Of a DNA stretch of 64,000 nt, positions 28,305 to 39,284 are shown piece after piece. The stretch spans positions 32,001 through 96,000 of the forward strand of contig CAWFKQ010000016.1 in the NCBI GenBank assembly GCA_963816395.1, given 5' to 3'. This DNA comes from an uncultured delta proteobacterium. GTDB lineage: Bacteria; Desulfobacterota; Desulfuromonadia; Desulfuromonadales; JACZKF01. The translations under genes and the position numbers were made by a program. Position 1 is the first letter of the stretch; every line of letters starts with the position of its first letter. Below the pieces are notes generated by a model that was not told the DNA's origin, made no database searches, and saw only the letters and a list, made by a program, of their open reading frames with translations.

Positions 28305-29599
28305 TGTCGGAGACCCTGTCAGTCTTCCTGAATCGCGAACCCCTCGGTCTGGTGACCCTTGCGGGCCAGGACGATCGCTACGGCCTGGAGTACGCCCGGT
28401 CATGGCTCGAAGGCCAGGGGTATGCCATATCGCCGCATCTCCAGCCGGGGGAGTGCGAATCCGGGCCGGTGAAGCGCTTTCTCTCCAACCTCCTTCCGGA
28501 AGGAAAGTGGCTGGAAGAACTTTCGGTCGACCACCAGATTTCGAAGAGCAATGTCTTTGGCCTCATTGCATTGATCGGTGCGGAGACGACCGGAGCGCTG
28601 ACCTTTCAATATGACGGCGCTGATCGGGAACCTCGACCGACTGCGTTCCGTGAGGTCGGCGCAACGGAATTGACGGAGCGGATTGCGCAGCGCCAAAGGA
28701 TCTCCATCGCCACCTGGGACGGCAAGCCTCGTCTTTCGGTCACCGGGGTTCAAGACAAGCTGCCGATCATGATCCGACCCGATGGCGCGATGGGATTCGG
28801 CGAAGGAGATCTGGCATCGACGCATATCCTGAAGTTTGGCCGGCGGCCCGACATGCACATGATGATCAACGAGTTCATCTGCATGAAACTGGCGGAGTTG
28901 GTCAAGTTGCCGGTTGCCAGGGTCTCCTTGCAGCGCTTCGGGGAGCCGGTTCTGGTCGTCGAGCGGTTCGACCGGCGCCGGCACGGGGATAAGGTCGACC
29001 GGTTGCATCTGATCGATGGCTGCCAGATGCTCGATCTGCCGCCGACCTACAAATATGAGCGTCCCTTCGGCAAGGCGGGGGAAGGAGCGCGCATCAGGAC
29101 CGGTGTCAGCCTGCCGAAGCTCTTTGCCGCCAGTCGGCACTGCCGCATACCGGCCCTGGCCATCAGAGATCTGCTGAACTGGACTCTTTTCCAGATGCTG
29201 ATCGGCAATAGCGACGCGCACGGCAAGAACATCTCGTTCTTTGTCGGCAAGGCGGGGATCGACGTTGCGCCGAGCTACGATCTGTTGAACATCGACATCT
29301 ATGGGGATGAGTTTGAGCGGGATCTGGCCCTGGCGGTCGGCGACGAGTTTTCGGCCGAGCGGGTCAGGCCGTATGACCTTGCGGAATTCTGCGCCGCATG
29401 CCATCTGCCGCCGCGCCAGGTGGCGACCAGTCTGAAAAATCTCTGTACGGCGGCCCTGGGCCGTCTGGGGAGCTTGCCGCTGGGGGATGTACGGCCCGGA
29501 GAGGAGATGGATTTTGCCCGGGAACTGATCGAAAAGATCAAGGGGAATGCCGAACGGCTTCTGGCGATGGCCGGAGATCTTCCGCATGTCAGTCTTTAA
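28304..29599 (+). CDS. hipA: HipA-family serine/threonine kinase toxin
   Basis: FLSNLLPEG, SVTGVQDK, THILK, NEFICM, LVVERFDR, LIGNSDAHGKN, PSYD. Confidence 0.92.
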   Translation: MSETLSVFLNREPLGLVTLAGQDDRYGLEYARSWLEGQGYAISPHLQPGECESGPVKRFLSNLLPEGKWLEELSVDHQISKSNVFGLIALIGAETTGALTFQYDGADREPRPTAFREVGATELTERIAQRQRISIATWDGKPRLSVTGVQDKLPIMIRPDGAMGFGEGDLASTHILKFGRRPDMHMMINEFICMKLAELVKLPVARVSLQRFGEPVLVVERFDRRRHGDKVDRLHLIDGCQMLDLPPTYKYERPFGKAGEGARIRTGVSLPKLFAASRHCRIPALAIRDLLNWTLFQMLIGNSDAHGKNISFFVGKAGIDVAPSYDLLNIDIYGDEFERDLALAVGDEFSAERVRPYDLAEFCAACHLPPRQVATSLKNLCTAALGRLGSLPLGDVRPGEEMDFARELIEKIKGNAERLLAMAGDLPHVSL

Positions 29600-29777
29600 G
29601 CTGATGTCGTATCGGGCCGGAAAATAAATCTCCGTAAAATAGCCGGTTTCTGGGATATATAGTCCGCCTCAGGGCGAACAGAAAAGGGCACTGGCAAGCA
29701 AGCACGAGACAGGGAATGTCCGCCGCGGTGGCAGGATTTCCCCGCCGCCGGGGACTCCCGGCGAGCGGCGGGAATAA

Positions 29778-29806
29778 TTGACATTACACCCGACTTTAGC
29801 TAACCT
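29778..29806 (+). promoter_or_regulatory. sigma70-type promoter of degP
   Basis: TTGACA-N17-TAACCT. Confidence 0.6.
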
Positions 29807-29838
29807 TCGAAGGCTTATGCGATCGAAAGGGAGCCTCC

Positions 29839-31263
29839 ATGCCGCGCCTCCAGCGATCTTTCTCGATCCTCCTCCTGCTCGGCCTGGTCGCTTTCCCGCT
29901 TCTGGCCGGGTGTGAAAAGAAATCGGAAACCCCCATTCGCAGCACCACTCGCGACGAAAAGGTCAAACCGCCGGTGGAAAGACCGGCGCCGGAACTCCTC
30001 TCCACCCAGCAGGCGTTCATTGAGGTTTCAGCCAAGGTCACGCCAGCGGTAGTCAACATCCGTGCTGCCCGGGTGCGTTCGATGGGGGAGTTGGGACCGC
30101 TGTTCGATAATTTCTTCGGGCCTTTTTTCCAGGATCGGCCACGGCCGCAGCAAAAGGAGCAGAGTCTCGGTTCCGGCCTCATCCTCAGCGAGGACGGCTA
30201 TATCCTGACCAATGAACACGTCATCCGCGAGGCCGAGGAGATCAAGGTCAAGCTCTCCAACCAGAGGGTTTACCAGGGGAAGGTGGTAGGGAGCGACTCC
30301 CGCACCGACATCGCTGTGCTGAAGATCGATGCCGGGGAGAAGCTGCCGGCCGCCGTGCTGGGTAATTCGGACAACCTGCGGGTCGGCCAGTGGGCTTTGG
30401 CCATCGGCAATCCCTTCGGTCTCGACCGCACCCTCACCGTCGGGGTCATCTCCGCCACCGGCCGCAACGACGTGGGGATTGAGGACTACGAGGATTTCAT
30501 CCAGACCGATACCTCGATCAATCCCGGCAATTCGGGGGGGCCGCTGCTCAACATCTACGGCGAGGTCGTGGGCATCAACACCGCCATTGTCGCCAGCGGG
30601 CAGGGGATCGGCTTTGCCATCCCCATCAACATGGCGCGCCTGGTGGCCAATCAGCTGATCGAAAAAGGGGAGGTCACCCGCGGCTGGCTGGGGGTCAGCA
30701 TCCAGCCGGTGACCCCGGAGCTGGCCGAGTCGTTCGGTCTCGACCGGCTGATCGGCGCCCTGGTGAACCAGGTCCTGCCCAACTCCCCGGCGGAGAAAGC
30801 CGGGGTGCGGCGCGGTGATATCCTGCTCACCTTTTCCGGCAAGGAGATCAACGGCGTACGCGACCTGCAGCTCATGGTGGCCAACACCCCGGCCGGCAGC
30901 AAGGTGGAGGTGGACGTTCTGCGCGACGGCAAGCACCTCTCCCTGCCGGTGACCATCGCCGAGCTGCAGCCTCGGGAGGCGGCCGCCGCGCCCCCGACTC
31001 CCAGTGACAAGGCACAGGCCCTGGGACTGACGGTCGGGCCGGCCGATGACGGCCGCGGGGTCATGGTGGAGGCCATCGATCCGCAGTCGGCCGCGGCAGC
31101 CGCCGGGGTGCAGCCCGGCGACCGGATTCTGGCGGTCAACCGGCGGGATGTTCGTGACCTGGAGACCTTCCGGAGGGCCGCCGCCCAAGTGGCAGGAAAG
31201 AATGTGGTGCTGCTGCTGCGGCGGGGGGAAATGACCCTTTATCTGGCGTTTCCCGCCGCGTGA
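29839..31263 (+). CDS. degP: DegP/DegQ (HtrA) serine protease, lipoprotein-type signal
   Basis: LLAGC lipobox, TNEHV, DIAVLK, INPGNSGG, two PDZ domains. Confidence 0.93.
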   Translation: MPRLQRSFSILLLLGLVAFPLLAGCEKKSETPIRSTTRDEKVKPPVERPAPELLSTQQAFIEVSAKVTPAVVNIRAARVRSMGELGPLFDNFFGPFFQDRPRPQQKEQSLGSGLILSEDGYILTNEHVIREAEEIKVKLSNQRVYQGKVVGSDSRTDIAVLKIDAGEKLPAAVLGNSDNLRVGQWALAIGNPFGLDRTLTVGVISATGRNDVGIEDYEDFIQTDTSINPGNSGGPLLNIYGEVVGINTAIVASGQGIGFAIPINMARLVANQLIEKGEVTRGWLGVSIQPVTPELAESFGLDRLIGALVNQVLPNSPAEKAGVRRGDILLTFSGKEINGVRDLQLMVANTPAGSKVEVDVLRDGKHLSLPVTIAELQPREAAAAPPTPSDKAQALGLTVGPADDGRGVMVEAIDPQSAAAAAGVQPGDRILAVNRRDVRDLETFRRAAAQVAGKNVVLLLRRGEMTLYLAFPAA

Positions 31264-31306
31264 GACAATTTGTAAAATCAATTTACTCTGCACAAGGGAG
31301 GACTTT

Positions 31307-31576
31307 ATGGCCAGGCTTGTGGATAATCCCGATCTCGCCTTTCGGCTGGCGCGCGCCATTGTCTCCGACATTGCCCTGTACAACCCGGAGAAGGTGAAGG
31401 AAGGCATCAAGAACGACAATATCTTCGACTTGCTCAGTGAAGAGCTGCAGGAAGGGCGGGACCATTTTTACAGCCGGATTTCTCCCGAGTTGCCGAATCG
31501 CGATCATCTGTATGAACGCGCCATCGTTGACGTGATGATTCGCCAGGCTGGAAAAATCGAAAGTCCCATCTGGTAA
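31307..31576 (+). CDS. Conserved-looking hypothetical protein
   Basis: SD gggagg; AFRLARAIVSDIALYN motif; stop abuts the rluD ATG. Confidence 0.75.
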   Translation: MARLVDNPDLAFRLARAIVSDIALYNPEKVKEGIKNDNIFDLLSEELQEGRDHFYSRISPELPNRDHLYERAIVDVMIRQAGKIESPIW

Positions 31577-32557
31577 ATGGAGGAAATCCGCCGGCTTACC
31601 TTTGAGCGGGGACAGCCGCCCGAGCGGCTTGACCGTTATCTGGCCGCCGGCCTCCCCGAACTGTCCCGCTCCCAGCTGAAAAAACTCATCGAGGAGGGTC
31701 GGGTTCTGCTCGACGGAACCCCCGCCAAGGCAGGGGCACGGTTGAAGGGGGGAGAGATCCTGATCGTCACCATTCCGCCGGCCGCTCCCGCTGAAGCCGT
31801 TCCCGAACAGATCCCCCTGGTCGTCCTCTACGAGGATGCCCACCTGATCATCATCGACAAGCCGGCCGGCATGGTCGTCCACCCCGCCCCCGGGCACCAG
31901 GGCGGTACCCTGGTGAATGCCCTGCTGTACCACTGCCGGGACCTTTCCGGCATCGGCGGCGAGTTGCGTCCCGGGATCGTCCACCGGTTGGACAAGGATA
32001 CCTCCGGGGTGCTGGTCGCCACCAAGGACGACGCCACCCACCGGCACCTGGCGCGGCAGTTCAAGGCCCATTCCATCCGCCGGCGCTACCTCGCCCTGGT
32101 GCATGGCCTGGTGCCGAGGGAGGAAGGGACGGTGGATTCCCCCATCGGCCGGCATCCGGTGCAGCGCCAGAAGATGAGCGGCGCCGCCCGGGCCGGGCGG
32201 CGGGCGGTCACCCACTGGCGGGTGCTGCAGCGCTTCGACCGCGACCGCCTGACGCTGCTGGAGCTGCGCCTGGAGACCGGCCGCACGCATCAGATCCGGG
32301 TCCACCTGGCGGAGATGAACCTGCCGGTGGCCGGCGACCCGGTCTACGGCAGCGCCGGCCGCATCAACGCCGTCACCGACCCGCAGCTGCGCGCCCGGCT
32401 GCAGCGACTCGGCCGGCAGTTTCTGCACGCCCGACTGCTCGGCTTCATTCATCCCGCCAGCGGCGAGTACCTGGAATTCGAGAGCCCGCTGCCGGGTGAG
32501 CTGGCGGAGATCATCACGTATCTGGAAGATAAATACAGGCTAGAGGCTAGCGGCTAG
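31577..32557 (+). CDS. rluD: RluA-family 23S rRNA pseudouridine synthase RluD
   Basis: S4 domain (RLDRYL...SRSQLKKLIEEG), KPAGMVVHP, HRLDKDTSG, TGRTHQIRVH, GDPVYG. Confidence 0.93.
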   Translation: MEEIRRLTFERGQPPERLDRYLAAGLPELSRSQLKKLIEEGRVLLDGTPAKAGARLKGGEILIVTIPPAAPAEAVPEQIPLVVLYEDAHLIIIDKPAGMVVHPAPGHQGGTLVNALLYHCRDLSGIGGELRPGIVHRLDKDTSGVLVATKDDATHRHLARQFKAHSIRRRYLALVHGLVPREEGTVDSPIGRHPVQRQKMSGAARAGRRAVTHWRVLQRFDRDRLTLLELRLETGRTHQIRVHLAEMNLPVAGDPVYGSAGRINAVTDPQLRARLQRLGRQFLHARLLGFIHPASGEYLEFESPLPGELAEIITYLEDKYRLEASG

Positions 32558-32603
32558 GGGCAAGAGGAAAGACCTCTAGCCTCTAGCCTCCAGCCTCTTG
32601 CCT
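32537..32603. repeat. Heptamer array AGGCTAG followed by its reverse complement CTAGCCT
   Basis: aggctag aggctag cggctag gggcaag ... ctagcct ctagcct ccagcct cttgcct; supplies the rluD stop codon. Confidence 0.75.
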
Positions 32604-32620
32604 GAAACACGGAGTGTTTC

Positions 32621-33415
32621 ATGAAACTGGCCCGCCAGGGTAAAATCAACTATCTGCAGCCGGAGTGGGCGGTCGAGGCACCGGTCCATGCCGGTTTCAC
32701 CACCCGCAACGGGGGCGTCAGCCGCCCCCCCTACAACTCCCTGAACCTCGGCTTCAATACCGAGGATGCCAAGTACAACGTCGAAGGCAACCGCTCCAAC
32801 CTGGCCCGGGCCTTCGGCATCCCGCCGCACCTGCTGCTGACCGTCCGCCAGGTGCATGGCACCGATATCCTGGTGATTGATGAGCCCAACCCCGACCTTT
32901 CCCATTTCCTGGGCATAGAATGCGACGCGGTCGTTACCGATCAGCCGGGGATCATGATCGGCATCCTGGTCGCCGACTGTTTCCCCATCCTCCTTTTCGA
33001 CCCGGAAAAGAAGGTGGCGGCCACCGTGCACGTCGGCTGGCGGGGGGCGGCGGCCGGCATTCTCGGCAAGGCGGTGCAGGCGATGACCGGCAATTTCGAC
33101 TGTCGCGCCGCCCTGCTGCAGGCGGCCATCGGGCCGGGGATCGGTGCCCATCGCTACGAAGTCGACCGGCCGGTGCGCGATGCCTTCCGTCAGGGCAGCG
33201 GGCATTGGGAGGAAATCAGCCAGGAGGTGAGTCTCGGCAAATGGCTTCTCGACCTGCGCCGCAGCTGCCAGCTGCAGCTCACCGACGCCGGCCTCGACCC
33301 GGCGCGGGTAATGGCTGCCGAGGAGGATACCTGCTGTCACCGCGAACTCTTCTTCTCCTACCGGCGCGACAACGGCAAGACCGGCAGACAGATGGGCTTC
33401 ATGATGCTCCGCTGA
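32621..33415 (+). CDS. pgeF: Peptidoglycan editing factor PgeF (YfiH)
   Basis: FTTRNGGVS, SLNLG, QVHG, ADCFPI, HVGWRG, IGPGI, FFSYRR; rluD-pgeF synteny. Confidence 0.93.
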   Translation: MKLARQGKINYLQPEWAVEAPVHAGFTTRNGGVSRPPYNSLNLGFNTEDAKYNVEGNRSNLARAFGIPPHLLLTVRQVHGTDILVIDEPNPDLSHFLGIECDAVVTDQPGIMIGILVADCFPILLFDPEKKVAATVHVGWRGAAAGILGKAVQAMTGNFDCRAALLQAAIGPGIGAHRYEVDRPVRDAFRQGSGHWEEISQEVSLGKWLLDLRRSCQLQLTDAGLDPARVMAAEEDTCCHRELFFSYRRDNGKTGRQMGFMMLR

Positions 33416-33442
33416 GCCTGGTGCCGTACCGGCTCTGTGCTG

Positions 33443-33475
33443 AAAAACCGCTTCTTCCGGGGAGCGGTTTTTTTT
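33443..33475 (+). terminator. Intrinsic terminator
   Basis: aaaaaccgcttc-ttccgg-ggagcggtttttttt. Confidence 0.8.
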
Positions 33476-33692
33476 ATGCTGCGGGCAAAACTCCTGGTGA
33501 CCGTTGCCTGAACAGGAAAAGAAAATCTTCCGGGAAGATAAGATCGGAGCAAATCGGATAAAATCAGGACAGGATCTGGAAATTGCATCTGAGTGCAATC
33601 CGACTTTATTATCTGCGTTCGGAAAAAAGATTTTGGAAGGCAGTGGAGTAAAATGGAACCCAGGAAATATCATTTCATCTGGAGGAGAAATC

Positions 33693-34010
33693 ATGCCTTA
33701 CCTGCCTGCGCCCTACCAGAAATTTGTCAGGAACTATCCGGAGCTTGCCGAATCCTACGAAAAACTGGCGGTCGCCTGCCATGAGGCCGGTCCGCTGGTG
33801 GAGAAGGAGCGGCGGCTGATCAAGCTGGGAATCGCCATCGGCCAGCAGTCGGAAGGCGCGGTCAAGTCCCATGCCCGCCGGGCACTGGAGAGCGGGGCGG
33901 CTGTCGAGGAGGTGCGGCATATCGTATTGCTGTCGCTGACCACCATCGGTTTTCCCGCCATGATCGCCGCCAGCGGCTGGGTGGAGGAAGTCATCGAGGC
34001 GCGCCGGTAA
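33693..34010 (+). CDS. Carboxymuconolactone decarboxylase (CMD/AhpD-like) family protein
   Basis: SD ggagg; GPLVEKERRLIKLGIAIG...SHARRALESGA..EEVRH...TTIGFP; no CxxC. Confidence 0.85.
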   Translation: MPYLPAPYQKFVRNYPELAESYEKLAVACHEAGPLVEKERRLIKLGIAIGQQSEGAVKSHARRALESGAAVEEVRHIVLLSLTTIGFPAMIAASGWVEEVIEARR

Positions 34011-34114
34011 ACGCTCGCGCGCAACTACTCCTTCCCCATTTGTGCCGGGGAGGATTGCCAAAGCGCCGCAGGCTGGTACATTTCGGGGTGAATTTCCATT
34101 TCCCAGGGGGCGCT

Positions 34115-34645
34115 ATGCACCGGCTGACCGCGTTGCTCATTGGCGGATTATTGGCGGCTATGACCATCGGCCCCCCGGCGGCCTGCGGGGCAGACGCACC
34201 GCTGGGCGGTCCGGTCGAGGTTCTCGGCGACAGCGCCGATCTGCTCAGTATCGGTCTGGGGGGATTCAATATCGACAACGGCCGCTCTTCACCGGCCGGC
34301 CGGCTTGAATGGCGCTTCGGCCGGAAACTGTTCTTTGTCGGTCCGGCGCTCGGCGTACTGGCCAATCTCGATGGCGGTGTTTTCGGTTATGGCGGCCTCT
34401 ATGCCGACGTCCTCTTCTTCCGGCGGCTGGTCTTCACCCCCCTGCTCGCCGCGGGCGGCTATCACGAGGGGGGAAGTAAGGACCTCGGGGGGACCTTCCA
34501 GTTCCGCTCCGCCCTGGAGCTGGCCTGGCGCCGCGATGACGGCATCCGCGTCGGCGTGCAGTACGCCCATATCTCGAACGCGAACATTTACGACCGCAAC
34601 CCCGGCGAGGAAGATTTATTCCTCACTTTTGCCTTCCCTTTCTAA
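34115..34645 (+). CDS. pagL: PagL-like lipid A 3-O-deacylase (outer-membrane beta-barrel)
   Basis: Signal peptide; DLGGTFQFRS, HISNA catalytic motif, NPG, C-terminal Phe. Confidence 0.8.
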   Translation: MHRLTALLIGGLLAAMTIGPPAACGADAPLGGPVEVLGDSADLLSIGLGGFNIDNGRSSPAGRLEWRFGRKLFFVGPALGVLANLDGGVFGYGGLYADVLFFRRLVFTPLLAAGGYHEGGSKDLGGTFQFRSALELAWRRDDGIRVGVQYAHISNANIYDRNPGEEDLFLTFAFPF

Positions 34646-34842
34646 GTCCGACAGGCTGAGAAAAATCGATCGCCTGCGGCTTTGCCCCGGCACTGCGGCG
34701 TCCTTGCGCAGCGCCGGGCCGCTGCCGCAAAGAACAGTGTTATTCCCCCCGTCGGTTATGTTAAAATCCCCTCTTGCAGCCCAGACCCGAATGCCGCTGT
34801 AAGCTCGGCAAATATAGGGACTTTCACGAAGAGGAACCCGGA

Positions 34843-35988
34843 ATGAATGGCGCCGCTGTGAGAAGAATCCTGAGCCTCGCTGCCCTGGGCGGAATCCTGC
34901 TGGCCGCCTGCTCGCAGCAGGAAACCAAAGGACCGGCGGTCAGCCCGCCGGTGCCGGTGGTGGTGGCTACCGCCACCAGCAAAACGGTGCCGGTGCAGCT
35001 GCAGGCCGTTGGCAACGTCAAGCCCCGGGCGACGGTGGCGGTCAAGTCGCGCGTGGGCGGCGAGCTGGCGCGGGTGCATTTCCGGGAAGGGCAGGAGGTG
35101 AAGGCGGGCGATGTCCTCTTCACCATCGATCCGCGTCCCTTCCGGGCCGACCTGGAGCAGGCCGAGGCGGTGCTCGCCAGGGATCTCGCCCTGCAGGACA
35201 ATGCCCGGAAAGATGCCGGCCGCTATGAGGATCTGTTCAAGCAGGGGTTCGTCTCCCGGCAGGAATACGACAAGGTGCGGACCAGTTTCGCTTCCCTCGA
35301 GGGGGTGGTGCGGGCCGACCGGGCGGCGGTGGAAAATGCCGGCCTGCAGCTGGAGTACTGCACCATCCGCTCCCCCCTCACCGGCCGCATCGGCACCCTG
35401 CTGGTCGATCAGGGAAACCTGGTCAAGGCCAATGACGACAATCCGCTGGTGATCATCAATCAGTTGGAGCCGATCGATGTGGTCTTCTCTCTGCCCGAAC
35501 AGCACCTGCCGCAGGTCAAGAAAGCGCTGGCGGCCGGTCCACTGCCGCTAACGGCGGTCAGTCCTTCGGCGGCCGGGCCGCCGGAGCAGGGGAAAGTGAC
35601 CTTCCTGGACAACGCCGTGGACAGCAGCACCGGCACCATCATGCTCAAGGGGAGCTTCGCCAATGCCGACCGGCAGCTCTGGCCCGGGGAATTCGTCAAT
35701 GTCGTGCTGACCCTGGCGCAACTGCCGCAGGCGACGGTGGTCCCCACCCAGGCGGTCCAGACCGGGCAGCAGGGGACCTATGTCTTCGTCGTCAATGGCA
35801 GCGGCAGCGCCGAGGTGCGACCGGTCACCGCCGGCATTGTTTACGGTGATCTGACGGTCATCACCCGGGGGGTCGCGCCCGGGGAAACGGTGGTCACCGA
35901 AGGGCAGCAGCGGCTCTACCCCGACGCCAAGGTGGCGGTCAAGGACGCCGCCGTACCCTCTGCCATCGCCGAAGGCCCGCGCTCATGA
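34843..35988 (+). CDS. RND efflux periplasmic adaptor (MdtA-like lipoprotein)
   Basis: LLAAC lipobox, FREGQEVKAGDVLFTIDPRP, IRSPLTGRIG, DNAVDSSTGT, LWPGEF. Confidence 0.9.
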   Translation: MNGAAVRRILSLAALGGILLAACSQQETKGPAVSPPVPVVVATATSKTVPVQLQAVGNVKPRATVAVKSRVGGELARVHFREGQEVKAGDVLFTIDPRPFRADLEQAEAVLARDLALQDNARKDAGRYEDLFKQGFVSRQEYDKVRTSFASLEGVVRADRAAVENAGLQLEYCTIRSPLTGRIGTLLVDQGNLVKANDDNPLVIINQLEPIDVVFSLPEQHLPQVKKALAAGPLPLTAVSPSAAGPPEQGKVTFLDNAVDSSTGTIMLKGSFANADRQLWPGEFVNVVLTLAQLPQATVVPTQAVQTGQQGTYVFVVNGSGSAEVRPVTAGIVYGDLTVITRGVAPGETVVTEGQQRLYPDAKVAVKDAAVPSAIAEGPRS

Positions 35989-38900
35989 ACATCTCCGAGC
36001 TCTTCATCCGGCGGCCGGTGATGACCAGCCTGGTGATGCTGGCGATCATCGTGTTCGGCGTCTTCGCCTACCGCTTTTTGCCGGTCAACGACCTGCCTAA
36101 CGTCGATTTTCCCACCATTCAGGTGAGCGCCAGGCTCCCGGGCGCCAACCCCGATACCATGGCCTCGGCGGTCGCCACACCCCTCGAGCGCCAGTTTTCC
36201 ACCATTGCCGGCATCGACTCGATGACCTCCACCAGCGGCAGCGGGATCACCAACATCACCCTGCAGTTCGCCCTCGACCGCAACATCGATGCCGCTGCCC
36301 AGGATGTGCAGTCGGCCATCGCCAACGCCGCTCGCAAGCTCCCGCCGGACATGCCGACGCCGCCGTCTTTCCGCAAGGTCAATCCCGCGGACATGCCGAT
36401 CCTTTATCTGGCGATCTCCTCGGCGACCCTGCCGCTGTCGACCGTCAACGAGTACGCCGACACCTTCATGGCGCAGCGCATCTCGATGATCAGCGGGGTC
36501 GCCCAGGTGTCGATCTACGGCGAGCAGAAGTACGCCGTGCGCGCCCAGCTCGACCCCAACCTGCTGGCCAGTCGCGGCATCGGCATCGACGAGGTGCAGC
36601 AGGCGATCGAAAGCGCCAACGTCAACCTCCCCACCGGCACCCTGTACGGGGAGAAACAGGCTTTTGCCGTGCAGACGCAGGGCCAGCTCTTCGATGCCGC
36701 CGCCTACCGGCCGCTGGTCGTCGCCTACCGCAACGGCGCGCCGGTCCGGCTTGGCCAGCTCGGACGGGTGATCGACGGCGTCGAGGACGACAAGCAGGCC
36801 GGCTGGTTCGACGACCAGCGGGCGATGATTCTCGCCATCCAGCGCCAGCCGGGGACCAACACCATCGAGGTGGTCGACAGCATCAAGCGCCTGCTGCCGG
36901 TCTTCCGCAAAGAGCTGCCGGCGGCTATCCAGCTGCGCACCCTCTATGACCGCTCGGTGTCGATCCGCGCCTCGGTCCATGACGTCAAGTTCACCCTTCT
37001 GCTCACCATCTGCCTGGTGGTGATGGTGATCTTCCTCTTCCTGCGCAATCTCTCGGCCACCCTCATCCCGAGCCTGGCCTTGCCGCTGTCGATCATCGGC
37101 ACCTTTGCCGCCATGGCCCTGCTCGGCTTCAGCATCAACAACATCTCGCTGATGGCCCTGACCCTCTCGGTCGGCTTCGTGGTCGACGATGCCATCGTCA
37201 TGCTGGAGAATATCGTGCGCCACATGGAGCACGGCGAAGGGGTGATGGAGGCGGCGCGCAACGGGTCGAAGGAGATCGGCTTCACCATCCTGTCGATGAC
37301 CTGCTCCCTGGTGGCGGTCTTTGTGCCGGTTCTGTTCATGGGGGGGGTGCTGGGGCGCATCCTGCACGAGTTCGCCGTCACCATCTCCGTGGCGATTCTG
37401 ATTTCCGGTTTAATCTCCCTGTCGCTGACCCCGATGCTCTGCAGCCGCTTCCTGCGCCCCGTCAATCCGGCCGGGCACGGCCGCCTCTACCAGTTCTTCG
37501 AGCGCTTCTTCGCCGCCTGGCTCGGGCTCTACGACCGCTCGCTGCAGCGGGTGCTGCGTCACCGCCGGGCGACGCTGGCGGTGACGCTGGGCCTGGTCGC
37601 GGTCACCGTCTATCTCTTTACCGTCATCCCCTGGGGGTTTCTGCCGAGCGAGGACACCGGTTCCATCTATGCCTTCACCGAGGCGGCGCAGGGAATCTCC
37701 TATGACGACATGCTGGCGCACCAGCAGGCGGTGGCGGCGGTGATCGCCAGGGACCCCAACGTCGACCACTTCCTCTCCCGGGTGGGCAACAGCGGTTCGC
37801 GGGTCGGCGGCAACAGCGGCTTCTTCTTCATCAGCCTGAAGGACCGGCGGGAGCGGCATCTGGATGCCGACGGCGTCATCCAGGAGCTGCGCAAGAAGAC
37901 CGCCCAGGTCCCCGGGATCAGTACCTACTTTCAGAACCCGCCGCCGATCCGCATCGGCGGCCATCTGACCAAGGCCCAGTACCAGTTCACGCTGCAGAGC
38001 CCCAATCTGGGCGAACTCTATCAGCTGCTGCCCGGTTTCGAGGCGAAGCTCAGCCAGATGCCCAACCTGCAGGACGTGACCAGCGACCTGCAGATCAAGA
38101 ACCCGCAGGTGGAGGTGGCGATCGACCGCGATCAGGCCGCGGCGCTGGGGGTCAGCGTCATGCAGATCGAGGATGCCCTCTATTCCGCCTACGGCGCCCG
38201 CCAGGTTTCCAGTATCTTCGCCCCGAACGATCAGTATCAGGTCATCCTCGAACTGGAGCCCCGCTATCAGAAGGACCCCTCGGCCCTCGAGCGGCTCTAT
38301 ATTCGCTCCAGCCACGGCCGGCTCGTTCCCCTGAGCGCCGTCACCCAGCATTTCCAGCGATCTCGGACCGGTATCGATCAACCACCAGGGGCAGCTGCCG
38401 GCGGTGACCCTCTCCTTCAACCTGGCGCCGGGCGTTGCCCTGGGCAACGTGGTGCCGGCCATCGAGAAACTGGCCCGCCAGAACCTGCCGGCGACGGTCA
38501 GCTACGGCTTCGCCGGCACCGCCCAGGTTTTCCAGTCCTCCACCCGGGGGCTGACGGTGCTGCTGATCCTGGCCATTTTTGTCATCTATATCGTCCTGGG
38601 AATCCTCTATGAGAGTTTCATCCACCCCCTGACGATTCTCTCCGGACTGCCGGCGGCCGGTCTCGGGGCGCTGCTGACCCTGCTGATCTTCCACAAGGAC
38701 CTCGATGTCTACGCTTTCGTCGGGGTGATCATGCTGGTGGGGATTGTGAAGAAGAACGCCATCATGATGATCGACTTCGCCCTGGAGGCCGAGCGCCGGG
38801 AGGGGAAGAGCCCGCTGGAGGCGATCTATCAGGGCTGCCTGGTCCGTTTCCGGCCGATCATGATGACGACCATGGCCGCCCTGATGGGCGTGCTCCCCAT

Positions 38901-39115
38901 CGCCCTCGGCTTCGGCGCCGGCTCCGAGTCGCGCCGCCCGCTGGGGCTGGCGGTGGTCGGCGGCCTGCTGGTCTCGCAGCTGCTCACCCTCTACATCACC
39001 CCCGTCATCTATTACTACATGGACCGCCTGCAGGCGAAAGCCAGGGGATTCCGTTTCCGGCGGCAGGTCGAGGAGATTGAGGCCGTGCCGGCAGCGGGCG
39101 GAGTCCCGCGGGTGA
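35985..39115 (+). CDS. RND efflux permease (MdtB/MdtC-like); frameshift near 38350, true 3' end uncertain
   Basis: FIRRPV, GFVVDDAIVMLEN, GIVKKNAIMMIDFA, RFRPIMMTT; the ORF-track end at 39288 runs over a promoter, so the real stop is probably near 39115. Confidence 0.85.
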
Positions 39116-39153
39116 ACGGCCGGCGACGCCCGTTTCCGGCGAGCGCCGGCGAG

Positions 39154-39182
39154 TGGACAGGGGAGGATTTTGCTGCTATAAA
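39154..39182 (+). promoter_or_regulatory. sigma70-type promoter for the flavoprotein-nitroreductase genes
   Basis: TGGACA-N17-TATAAA with extended -10 TG. Confidence 0.5.
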
Positions 39183-39284
39183 CTCAGAATCCGAGAGCCG
39201 CCGGACGTCGTCAGGACGGTCGGCGGTTTTTCGTTCCGGTTTTGCCGGCACCCGGCTACCTGAATTCATGGAGGAGACAAGAGA

